A stretch of 64,000 bases of DNA, from positions 64,001 to 128,000 of the forward strand of contig JAUVNS010000005.1 of assembly GCA_030599585.1 (NCBI GenBank). Direction: 5' to 3'. The notes under the pieces are model-generated. The model had not been told where the DNA came from. It worked only from the letters and a program-made list of their open reading frames with translations, and did not search any database. Position numbers and translations under genes: made by a program. This document shows, piece by piece, positions 9,575-18,494 of the stretch. Source of the DNA: Promethearchaeota archaeon. Its GTDB lineage: Archaea; Asgardarchaeota; Lokiarchaeia; Sigyniarchaeales; SOKP01. The first letter of the stretch is position 1; each line of letters begins with the position of its first letter.

Positions 9575-11050
9575 ATGGTAAAAGATTTAGAAAAAGACTT
9601 ATCTAAAATAATTAAAAAGGAACGGTTCCAAGGGAAAATGGTCAAGTATGTCAGTGGCGTTGGTAAAGTTCTATTATTCGTACTTCCTATTCTACTATTA
9701 ATAGTAACCATCCTAGCTTTTATATCAGTATTGGACTTCACGTTAAAAATTGTATTCTTCGTAATCTTAGGATTATATGCCTTCAATTCAATAATGCTAT
9801 TTCTAGGAGCAAATTCTACAAATTCTTCTCTTAAATTACGATTAAAAGTTGAAAGAAAAAGAGGAAGGCCAATAGACAGCCTTGATGGTTTTGAAATGTT
9901 ATTTTCTAGCGTGAAAAGAGTTGTTAACTTGCTAAAAATTATTGCCACAATATGTTTTGTAGCACTTATTTTGTTCGTAGTAATGTTATTACAGGGAGAT
10001 TTAAACTTAGGATTCGCAGCAGCAGGATTTGCACTAATTGGGTTAGGTTTAGCAATTATTATTCGTAGCCTAAACCTCAATATTCACGATGTCAACGGTC
10101 TTCAAGATTTTTATAAACCTACTACGCACCAAATTTTCTTAGACAATTTTTTTGGAGAAATATTTTCGGATCATTTAGATCCTATTACATTTCTTAAATG
10201 GGACGAATACTTAGCAGGGATAGATAAACTTTTAACGCCAACCTTTATTCAAAAGGTTAAAGAAGCCGAGGAAGATGAATTACCAATAACTTTTGGAATT
10301 GAATCAATATTATTCTTATACTATTTACAATACCAAGGCGTTTTAACTGAAGAACAATTTACTCGTGAATTAAAAGAAGTAATTAATGTAGATTCTGCTT
10401 CTTTTGATATCAAAAGAGGTTTGTTAATTGATGGTATGTGGTATTTCTCTACTGCTGATATCTATAAATTATTCAATTACATTAAAAAATACACCCCTGG
10501 CTTTTTTAACATTATAGACCGCTTACAACTTGAATTGGCAGATAACATTACCCGACTGTCTAAGGATCCTATTTACATGGATTCTTCAGCCCAAGAAGTA
10601 GTATTTTTGAATGCGGAACTCAATATTTTGATCTTTCTATATAATAATGCCCCAGATGAAAAAAAATACACTATAAAAGTAGTTGCCCCGGGATTTGAAC
10701 CTAGCAAATTGAAGTTAGATATCAAAGTTGAAGGAAGAGGAAGCTTTTTAATTCCAAATAAACCCATTCCTCTAATTTCTTCTGGAAGTACTGATATTGC
10801 AGGTGTATTATCAACAATGTTAGAAAACGGAGATACAACTTGGTTAACTTTAGAACCAAGAGAGACGGGAGAACAGACGATTCAAATTTTCTTGATGTCC
10901 TCTGATGGAACTATTATCGAAGGGAAAACAAGAACTATAAAAGTTACCAAAAACATGAAGACCTATTTAAAAAAACTTACTTCTATTGGCTCTCTACTTG
11001 GTGGGTTGGCCGTTCCATTAGCAAAAATCCTTCCTACTTTACTACAATAA
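9575..11050 (+). CDS. Membrane protein, four N-terminal TMs plus soluble domain (start likely 9575 or 9638, not 9449)
   Basis: Long ORF with hydrophobic segments; 9449 would leave only 14 bp to the divergent gene. Confidence 0.7.
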   Translation: MVKDLEKDLSKIIKKERFQGKMVKYVSGVGKVLLFVLPILLLIVTILAFISVLDFTLKIVFFVILGLYAFNSIMLFLGANSTNSSLKLRLKVERKRGRPIDSLDGFEMLFSSVKRVVNLLKIIATICFVALILFVVMLLQGDLNLGFAAAGFALIGLGLAIIIRSLNLNIHDVNGLQDFYKPTTHQIFLDNFFGEIFSDHLDPITFLKWDEYLAGIDKLLTPTFIQKVKEAEEDELPITFGIESILFLYYLQYQGVLTEEQFTRELKEVINVDSASFDIKRGLLIDGMWYFSTADIYKLFNYIKKYTPGFFNIIDRLQLELADNITRLSKDPIYMDSSAQEVVFLNAELNILIFLYNNAPDEKKYTIKVVAPGFEPSKLKLDIKVEGRGSFLIPNKPIPLISSGSTDIAGVLSTMLENGDTTWLTLEPRETGEQTIQIFLMSSDGTIIEGKTRTIKVTKNMKTYLKKLTSIGSLLGGLAVPLAKILPTLLQ

Positions 11051-11102
11051 TCATTTATCTCTTTTTTTTATTTTATTTGTGTCTTAAAAGTTAAATGATT
11101 CA

Positions 11103-11894
11103 CTAACTAACTTTTGGGAAGTAATCATTGTCTCTTCCAGGCTTAAAGTGCGATGTAAATTTGCTAAACTCTAAATATGAAAGCCTATCTGTGTTAATTG
11201 TAATGGTCCATAAATTTTTTAAACTCTCGTAATTATCTATTTTTTCAACAGGATTATTCAGTACGTTTAATTCCTCTAATTTCACGAGTTTTTCGAGACC
11301 TTTAACTACTTTAATCTGGTTTTCGTATAAATCCAGTCGTTTAAGGTTCGACAAATCTTGAAGTCCACTCATATCTTGAATCTGATTATTGGATAAGTTT
11401 ATTTGGATAAGCTGCTTCAAATTACTAAGATTTTTTATTTCCTTTATCCTATTACAAGAAAAGTCTAAATCTTCGAGCTTATGTAACGAATCCAGTCCCG
11501 ATATTCCACTGATTTCGCCATTTCTTAAAAATAAATTTCTTAAATTCCCCAATGAATTAAGCCCTTCAATTTTCTTAATACTTTTACACTCGTTTAAGCT
11601 TAGAATCTTTAACTTCTTGAGATTGTCTAAACCTTCAATTTTCCGAATGTTATTTCCATTTAAAATCAAATATTCCAGGTCTATTAGGTTTCCGAGGCCT
11701 GCGATTTTGGTTATTTTATTACTCTTTAAATTCAATGAATTCAGGTTTTTTAGCTTTTCTAGGTTTTTAATCTCTGTGATATCTTCAATCCCTACTCCAG
11801 AAAGATTTAAGTAATCCATGTGGCCTGAATCGCTTAAAATCTCATATTGAACGCCTTTATATTCAACAAATCTAATATCCGACATGATAGACAC
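11103..11894 (-). CDS. Leucine-rich repeat protein (SDS22-like)
   Basis: About eight 22-aa LxxLxxLxLxxNxIxxIxGL repeats. Confidence 0.92.
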   Translation of the reverse strand: MSIMSDIRFVEYKGVQYEILSDSGHMDYLNLSGVGIEDITEIKNLEKLKNLNSLNLKSNKITKIAGLGNLIDLEYLILNGNNIRKIEGLDNLKKLKILSLNECKSIKKIEGLNSLGNLRNLFLRNGEISGISGLDSLHKLEDLDFSCNRIKEIKNLSNLKQLIQINLSNNQIQDMSGLQDLSNLKRLDLYENQIKVVKGLEKLVKLEELNVLNNPVEKIDNYESLKNLWTITINTDRLSYLEFSKFTSHFKPGRDNDYFPKVS

Positions 11895-12209
11895 GTTAAA
11901 TGGTTTTTACCATCAAAAATATTTATAGATTTCATATTAAAGAATGTTAGGTTTTGATAGGAAAGAATCAAAATAATTTTAAATAAAATACTATATCTAA
12001 TTTAGGACAAATTCAGTTATACATTTTTTAAAAACAAATTCTACCATCTGTAACTACAATAAGCACAAAAAAACATTTTGAAGCAGTTCTTGAAGCGATA
12101 AATCGGATAAATCATCGGTTTCCGTTCTAATCCTAAAAAATTTTCATATTATGGCTTTTTTTAACTCATTAGTAAAAACTTTAAAAATGATAGATGTAGA
12201 ATTGAATTT

Positions 12210-13736
12210 ATGGAGAAATTTGATTTAGTAGTAGTTGGATCTGGAGCGGGGCTAAATGTCCTTAATTATGGACTTCAAATGGGGTTAAAATGCGCTTTAG
12301 TTGAAAACGCGAAACTTGGAGCAACATGTTTAACTCGCGGTTGTATTCCATCAAAAGTATTGGTTCACCCTGCAGACTTAATAAGAGAAGCAGAGCATGC
12401 AGCTAAGGTTGGGATAAAATTTAGACTCGAAGGCATTGATTGGGAATTAATTGGTAAAAGAATGTGGAGTCAAATAGATGAAAGCAAAGAAATGGAAGAG
12501 GGGCTATCACACGTACCAAACTTAAAACTTTATAAAGGCGTAGGTGAATTTATTGGAGATTATGAAATGCTGGTTAAATCTGTAGGGTCTGATAAAATTA
12601 TCGGTCACTTTAAAGGAGAAAAATTTGTCTTAGCTTCTGGTGCGCGTTCTTTTATTCCTCCTATACAAGGATTAGACGAAATCGAATACATAACAAGTGA
12701 GAATTTCTTTGATGATAAATTTCCTAAGAAGCCGTGGGAAAGTCTAATTATTATTGGAGGTGGAGTTATTGCCGCTGAATTTGCCCATATTTTTTCCGCT
12801 TTTGGCACGAGAGTAACTATTGTAGAAATGTTACCTCGTCTAGTCATGACTGAGGAACCAGAAATAAGCGAATTACTGGAACGTAATTTTAAGAAAAATA
12901 TGACTGTGTTTGTAAACCATAAGGCGATTAAAGTAGGTGCTAAAAAGAAATTGAAAACGGTTACAGTTCAAGATGTTGAGAGTGGAAAAGAAATTGAATT
13001 ACAAGCAGAAGAAATTTTAGTTGCTGCGGGGCGTCGTTCTAATGCTGATTTATTAGCGGTCGAGAAGACTGGAGTTGAAACTGATGAAAGAGGTTGGATT
13101 AAAACCAATAAATACTTAGAAACTACAAAGTCGAACATCTGGTGCTTTGGGGACGCTAATGGTCTTTATCAATTCAGACACAAAGCCAATTATGAAGCGG
13201 ATCTTTGTGCTAACAACATTTTCGGTCCTGAAAGCGATAAAAAGGAAGCTGATTATTCAGTAATACCTTGGGCTATATTTACATCACCTCAAATAGGTCA
13301 CGTCGGCATGACAGAGGCAGAAGCTATAGAGAAGGGTCACGAGATATTCGTTGCTGTTAATCATTACTCTGGAGTAGCGAAAGGATTTGCAATGGGCTAT
13401 GAAAGTGAGGATGTAGACGATGGTTTTGTTAAACTAGTCATCGATAAATCATATAAATTATTAGGTGCACATGCAGTTGGGCCTCACGCTGTGATACTTG
13501 TTCAACCCTTTGTATATTTAATGAATGCTGGATACACTTGTGATTCTCCCGATTTTCCTGCAAGAACGGGCGCTAATAAGTTGGGTAGAGCTTGTCCTGA
13601 GGCAGGATCTTTTATGCCGGTTTATAAATCGATGGTGATTCATCCCTCCCTTAATGAAGTGGCTGGCTGGGCTATTGGTAAAATGCGACCTGTAAATATT
13701 AAATCTCACGGCCATGAACATCAACACGAGCATTAA
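12210..13736 (+). CDS. Class I pyridine nucleotide-disulfide oxidoreductase (dihydrolipoyl dehydrogenase/mycothione reductase-like)
   Basis: GSGAG, TCLTRGCIPSK, GGGVIAAE, HPSLNE; His-rich tail. Confidence 0.85.
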   Translation: MEKFDLVVVGSGAGLNVLNYGLQMGLKCALVENAKLGATCLTRGCIPSKVLVHPADLIREAEHAAKVGIKFRLEGIDWELIGKRMWSQIDESKEMEEGLSHVPNLKLYKGVGEFIGDYEMLVKSVGSDKIIGHFKGEKFVLASGARSFIPPIQGLDEIEYITSENFFDDKFPKKPWESLIIIGGGVIAAEFAHIFSAFGTRVTIVEMLPRLVMTEEPEISELLERNFKKNMTVFVNHKAIKVGAKKKLKTVTVQDVESGKEIELQAEEILVAAGRRSNADLLAVEKTGVETDERGWIKTNKYLETTKSNIWCFGDANGLYQFRHKANYEADLCANNIFGPESDKKEADYSVIPWAIFTSPQIGHVGMTEAEAIEKGHEIFVAVNHYSGVAKGFAMGYESEDVDDGFVKLVIDKSYKLLGAHAVGPHAVILVQPFVYLMNAGYTCDSPDFPARTGANKLGRACPEAGSFMPVYKSMVIHPSLNEVAGWAIGKMRPVNIKSHGHEHQHEH

Positions 13737-13831
13737 AAAAACTCCTTTTTTTTTATCATTTCTTTAATGAAGAAAATTAAATCTATGTAAAAACTTCAAA
13801 TATTTAGCTTCTTTCAACAATCTAGAAAATA

Positions 13832-15763
13832 ATGGATTTGCATAAAAATCGATTAAGCCAAATTTTTACACCTGATTATATAGCGGAGTTTATGGTTAAA
13901 AACATTAAGCAACATTATTTGTCCACACATAATGAGGTTTCCATTGATAAGATTAAAATCCTTGAACCTAGCGCAGGTAAAGGAATCTTTCTTAATTATA
14001 TCTTAGACGAAGGATTTACTGATGTTATTGCTTATGAATTAGATCAAACTTTAAAAATTTCCCTTTTAAAACATTATCCGAATATAGAGCTTAAATTTGA
14101 AAATTTCTTAGGATCAGACGCTAACGAAAAGTTCGATATCATTATAGGAAATCCACCTTATTTAGGACAAAACTATAACGCCGTAATTTTTCAAGAGCTT
14201 GTAAAGAACTATTCGATTTGCAAAAAATATTTCGTTGGAAATATGGATTTATTTTATTTTTTCATTCATTTAGGAATAGAAAAACTAAAACCGGGAGGGT
14301 TATTATCTTTTATAACTACCAATTACTGGTTAACTAAATCTAAGAAGACAGGGATAAAGTATCTTAAACCTCACATCACAAACGATTGCTTCATGATACA
14401 ATATATTGATTTATCAAAAATTAAAGTTTTTAAAGATGCTAAAGGTCAACATAATTGTATTTTTGTGCTGCAGAAAAAGAATTCACTTGAAAAAGAAAAT
14501 ATCACTGATAAACACATCCAAATCGTTCAGATAAATAAAAATAAAGATTCTAACTCATTTGATCATCAATATAATAAACTCTTGTTTTCAAAAATCCTTG
14601 ATAATTCTAATTATAAATCTATTAAAAAATACACTTCAGGTTTAACTAATAATGATCTTTCGCTAAAAAGCAATTGGAACCTGTTATATCCAAGAGAGAT
14701 TAAAGAGATCATCATGCAAATTGATCGTTTTTGTATGAAGAATAATAATTTGAATTTATTAGGAGATTATTTCAGTATAAGGAACGGATTAATCCTAATA
14801 AAGGACGAGATTTTTATTTTAAAGGAAAATGAACAAATAAAATTTGATGGGGATGACATTTTAATTAAAATTAATAATAGATTCACCAAATTAAATCCAC
14901 TTGAGAAAAAACAGTTAAAAAAATTTTACAAGAGCCGAGTTATTAAACCGTATGGATATCTACAAGAAGAGCAGGAAGGATATTTACTCTTTTTTAATAA
15001 ATCGAATTTCAAGCAATACGAGATTGGAGAAAGAGATTATCAAATCTCTAGGATATATCCTAACCTTTCTAACTATCTAAAACAATTTGAACTAGATCTT
15101 AAGGAAATATTAAAAAATGCTAATGAAAACCGTCATGATTTCTATTTCCCCCGAAGAGGAAGTCATATTAGGCAGAATACTGATAAAAAATTAGTTAATT
15201 TAGAACCATTATATGATGATGGTCCAAAGATTTTTTTTAAGTTTATTTCGCAGGAAAATGTATTTGGATATACTTCAGACCAATATTATGCAACATCAGA
15301 CACCTATTTTCTGTGGTCTAAAAAACCTACTGATTTTTCTCTCTTATTTTTACTCGCTTATTTAAATTCTAAAATCGTAGCCTTTCTTTTTAAATCGAAA
15401 AGTTTAGCCGTAAAAAGAAGCAAAACAAAAATAGAAAATGGAATTCCCCTACCTGTGCTTGATAAATTCAAGTCTACGGAAAAAAAATCAATTATTGAAT
15501 TGATTCAACTATTAACCAAATGTCTCGTTTATTCCGTAAATTCATTCAAGGGGTCTGATGTTTACAAATTTAGTAGTCAATTAGAGTCTTCTTCTTATTT
15601 ACAAACAGCTGAGACATTAACAAGTAAAGAAATGATTATTAAAGCGATGAATGATAAGAATGATGAATTAATCCAAGAATTCATCAATAACCTTTTTTAT
15701 CAACTATTTGATTTGGATGGAAATCGAATAGATTATTTAATAAAGGAATACTATAATGCTTAA
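13832..15763 (+). CDS. N6-adenine DNA methyltransferase (gamma class, TaqI/Eco57I-like)
   Basis: QIFTP, LEPSAGKG (motif I), GNPPY (motif IV), C-terminal LLAYLNS TRD-like region. Confidence 0.85.
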   Translation: MDLHKNRLSQIFTPDYIAEFMVKNIKQHYLSTHNEVSIDKIKILEPSAGKGIFLNYILDEGFTDVIAYELDQTLKISLLKHYPNIELKFENFLGSDANEKFDIIIGNPPYLGQNYNAVIFQELVKNYSICKKYFVGNMDLFYFFIHLGIEKLKPGGLLSFITTNYWLTKSKKTGIKYLKPHITNDCFMIQYIDLSKIKVFKDAKGQHNCIFVLQKKNSLEKENITDKHIQIVQINKNKDSNSFDHQYNKLLFSKILDNSNYKSIKKYTSGLTNNDLSLKSNWNLLYPREIKEIIMQIDRFCMKNNNLNLLGDYFSIRNGLILIKDEIFILKENEQIKFDGDDILIKINNRFTKLNPLEKKQLKKFYKSRVIKPYGYLQEEQEGYLLFFNKSNFKQYEIGERDYQISRIYPNLSNYLKQFELDLKEILKNANENRHDFYFPRRGSHIRQNTDKKLVNLEPLYDDGPKIFFKFISQENVFGYTSDQYYATSDTYFLWSKKPTDFSLLFLLAYLNSKIVAFLFKSKSLAVKRSKTKIENGIPLPVLDKFKSTEKKSIIELIQLLTKCLVYSVNSFKGSDVYKFSSQLESSSYLQTAETLTSKEMIIKAMNDKNDELIQEFINNLFYQLFDLDGNRIDYLIKEYYNA

Positions 15764-15798
15764 TTAGAAAAACCAATAATTCAAGGTCTTACAGTTAA

Positions 15799-16851
15799 AT
15801 GATAGAGTTTCCAAAATTCGATGATGTTGGTAGTTTTCCATTACCGGATTACATTGATTTTGACAAGTTCAACCAATTCTATTGGGTAGGATACAAGGGA
15901 ATTATTAATAAGGCTGATATTTTTGAGAATAGGGGAATTTACAATTTTTTCATCCATCCGTTTCTCCAATCGTTTCAGTTAAAATTAAACGCTGGGGTAG
16001 AAGTAATCAATTATCCCCAACATATGGATATGTATACCCAATTTTTAAAACCTATCGAAGATTATGCAATAGAGCCTTCTCTGATTGACTCCAAAAAAGG
16101 AATTATTCCAGAACTCTTCATATTAGACTCTTTTGCGAAAGATTATTATGAAAGAACTGGAAATGCCCTTAAAATAAAAGTATGCATTACTGGACCCATA
16201 GAATTATACATAAAAAAGCATGGTTTTACTTTATACCCCGATATTGTCTTCAATTTTGCTCAGTCTTTAAACAGAATATTGAAAAATTCAATAAAGAATA
16301 CGAAATATCTTCAAAATTCCATCATCTCGATTGATGAACCATCATTTGGGTATGTTGACATGTTTAATGTCGAAGAGGATGATTTGATTAAAGCATTTGA
16401 TAAAACTGTGGAAGGGATAGATAGTCTTATTCAAATCCACCTTCATACTTTAAAAAAATTCATAATTCCTATTCAAACAAAAAATATTGACATACTCACA
16501 TGTGAATACGCCTCTGATCATTCTAATATCATTCCAAAAAATGACTTAGAAAAGTATGATAAATACATCCGTGTTGGCATCACGAGAACGAATATAAACA
16601 GTATCTTGGCTGAGAAATTGGACGCGGGGGCTTCACTTGATGAATTTAAAACGTTTGAAGGCACGATGAGCTTAATTGATTCAGAAAAATTCATCAAGAA
16701 GAATTTGCTTTTTGCTCTTAAGCATTATGAAGATAGGGTTAAATTTGTAGGCCCTGATTGTGGACTCAAAGGATGGAACCCCCCTCAAGTTGCTTACGAA
16801 TTGCTAAGAAGAACTTATAAAGTCATTAAGGATGTTAGAAATACTTTGTAA
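15799..16851 (+). CDS. Core (single-domain) MetE-like methionine synthase
   Basis: DDVGSFP, TGP, IDEP, HLH, CE, GPDCGL; only 350 aa. Confidence 0.75.
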   Translation: MIEFPKFDDVGSFPLPDYIDFDKFNQFYWVGYKGIINKADIFENRGIYNFFIHPFLQSFQLKLNAGVEVINYPQHMDMYTQFLKPIEDYAIEPSLIDSKKGIIPELFILDSFAKDYYERTGNALKIKVCITGPIELYIKKHGFTLYPDIVFNFAQSLNRILKNSIKNTKYLQNSIISIDEPSFGYVDMFNVEEDDLIKAFDKTVEGIDSLIQIHLHTLKKFIIPIQTKNIDILTCEYASDHSNIIPKNDLEKYDKYIRVGITRTNINSILAEKLDAGASLDEFKTFEGTMSLIDSEKFIKKNLLFALKHYEDRVKFVGPDCGLKGWNPPQVAYELLRRTYKVIKDVRNTL

Positions 16852-17043
16852 GCAAATTTTAATTATTTTGATTAAGATATTTGTAATAAAAATTATAAAT
16901 TATCTATTTATTGAAGCAAAACTCTGTTATGCTCAATTCCTTGCGTATACTTCTTATTATTCTTATAATTTATTTGGAAAAAAAAAATCGAAATTAATAT
17001 ACTTCTAATTAAAATATAAGACAAAATCGCAATATAATTAAAA

Positions 17044-17637
17044 ATGATAATAGATCATTTGAACCAAACTATTCAATTAAAAATTTGCTATTTTGGACCG
17101 GCACTTTCAGGTAAGACTACAACTCTAAAAGCCTTATTCAAACACTTTGGAAAAGAGGATAAAGTATTAAGTATTGAAAGTAGTATAAGAAGAACTCTAT
17201 TCTTTGACTACGGTACGATCTCATTCGAAAATAAGCAATGGCGGCTTAAGATTCACATATACTCTACGACTGGTCAAGATTTCTACATAATCACCAGGCC
17301 TGTTACACTACAAGGGATAGATGGAATTGTTTTCGTTGCTGACTCTCGACAATCAACCTATTATCGAAATTTGACCTCATGGAATGAATTGGGTAACTAT
17401 TTCGAAGAGTATTTCATTGATTTACCGAAAATTTTAGCTTTTAATAAACAAGATTTGCACGAAAAGTTTAATTCAACCGATTTCTTAGAAAATATCAATT
17501 CTTTCAAATTTAAGAATTTTAAAACTAAAAAGACTGTAGCAACTCACGGGTATGGCGTTGTAGAATCTTTTGAACAGCTTATGGAACTTATCTTGGAAAA
17601 AATATACAAATCACAAATTGTGTCAATTTTCGATTAA
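17044..17637 (+). CDS. MglA-like small GTPase
   Basis: GPALSGKTT, RTLFFDY, TTGQ, NKQD. Confidence 0.85.
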   Translation: MIIDHLNQTIQLKICYFGPALSGKTTTLKALFKHFGKEDKVLSIESSIRRTLFFDYGTISFENKQWRLKIHIYSTTGQDFYIITRPVTLQGIDGIVFVADSRQSTYYRNLTSWNELGNYFEEYFIDLPKILAFNKQDLHEKFNSTDFLENINSFKFKNFKTKKTVATHGYGVVESFEQLMELILEKIYKSQIVSIFD

Positions 17638-17782
17638 GTAGTTAATCATTCTTAAAACATATCCATGTTATTAATTTAAGGATAATTCATTTCAGAATCT
17701 TATTTTAAATTATTATTGAAAGAATAAAATGATTGAAATTCAATTTTAAAGTGTACACAGCTTATTTTTAAAAATCAATAAG

Positions 17783-17838
17783 TTTTTATAGCTTTTTTGC
17801 CATATTACTAATGTCAATTGTCAATTGTCAATTGACAA
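17783..17838 (+). promoter_or_regulatory. TATA box plus TGTCAAT heptad array/palindrome (putative repressor operator)
   Basis: TTTTTATA at 17783-17790; TGTCAAT x3 from 17812; perfect palindrome TTGTCAATTGACAA at 17825-17838. Confidence 0.65.
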
Positions 17839-17857
17839 AAATAAAAAGGTGATATTC

Positions 17858-18481
17858 GTGTCAGATGAGTATGATGATGATTATAATGATTTTTTAGAGC
17901 GAATTAAAGAATATCTTAATTTAGATCAAGGAGCTTTTGATGTGGATTTTTTATTTCTACCTGAACCGAATTTTGGTCCAAAAACAAATCGTAATGATGA
18001 TAAGTTTAAAGGGTTTAAAGTAAGTTATCATTTTGAATCTGGAATGAATAAACCAGAAATAAAAATTGAAGGTAATTTTGATGAAAAAAGGCTTCAGGAA
18101 TACATTAAGAAAATGAATCTTTCTAAACATTCACAACTTAAACGGTTAAATCCTTCAAGGGATAGGCAAGCTATTGATGTAAGTACGCTTTCCTTACAGC
18201 CTAATTACGAAAAAAGAGATAATATAGCAAAAGATCATTATTTTGAAACAATTTTTTATAAAGATTCTGCTGAGATTATTATCGAAGCTCCAGGAATTGA
18301 AAAAGGGCATATTTTGCTAAGTTTAACTGAAGATGGAAGAACTCTTAGAGTATCAATCGAAATCAATTTTAATAATATAGAAAAAGAGATATTATTACCT
18401 TTTGAATCTACAATGGACGATCACATTTTAGAATTTAATAACGGAATAGTAACAATTATAATGCGAAAGAAATATATTTGA
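17858..18481 (+). CDS. Hsp20/alpha-crystallin-like small heat shock protein (GTG start 17858)
   Basis: C-terminal IEAPGIEK...ILLP...FNNGIVTI; AGGTGA SD before GTG 17858. Confidence 0.7.
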   Translation: MSDEYDDDYNDFLERIKEYLNLDQGAFDVDFLFLPEPNFGPKTNRNDDKFKGFKVSYHFESGMNKPEIKIEGNFDEKRLQEYIKKMNLSKHSQLKRLNPSRDRQAIDVSTLSLQPNYEKRDNIAKDHYFETIFYKDSAEIIIEAPGIEKGHILLSLTEDGRTLRVSIEINFNNIEKEILLPFESTMDDHILEFNNGIVTIIMRKKYI

Positions 18482-18494
18482 GTGTGGTAATTAA

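Noticed and set aside
12032-12130. Protein-like open stretch KQILPSV...RFPF
   Set aside because: No start codon, stop immediately upstream, no recognisable family.
17825-17857. TTG start of the hsp20-like ORF
   Set aside because: It lies within the palindromic operator near the TSS; GTG 17858 has a proper AGGTGA SD.
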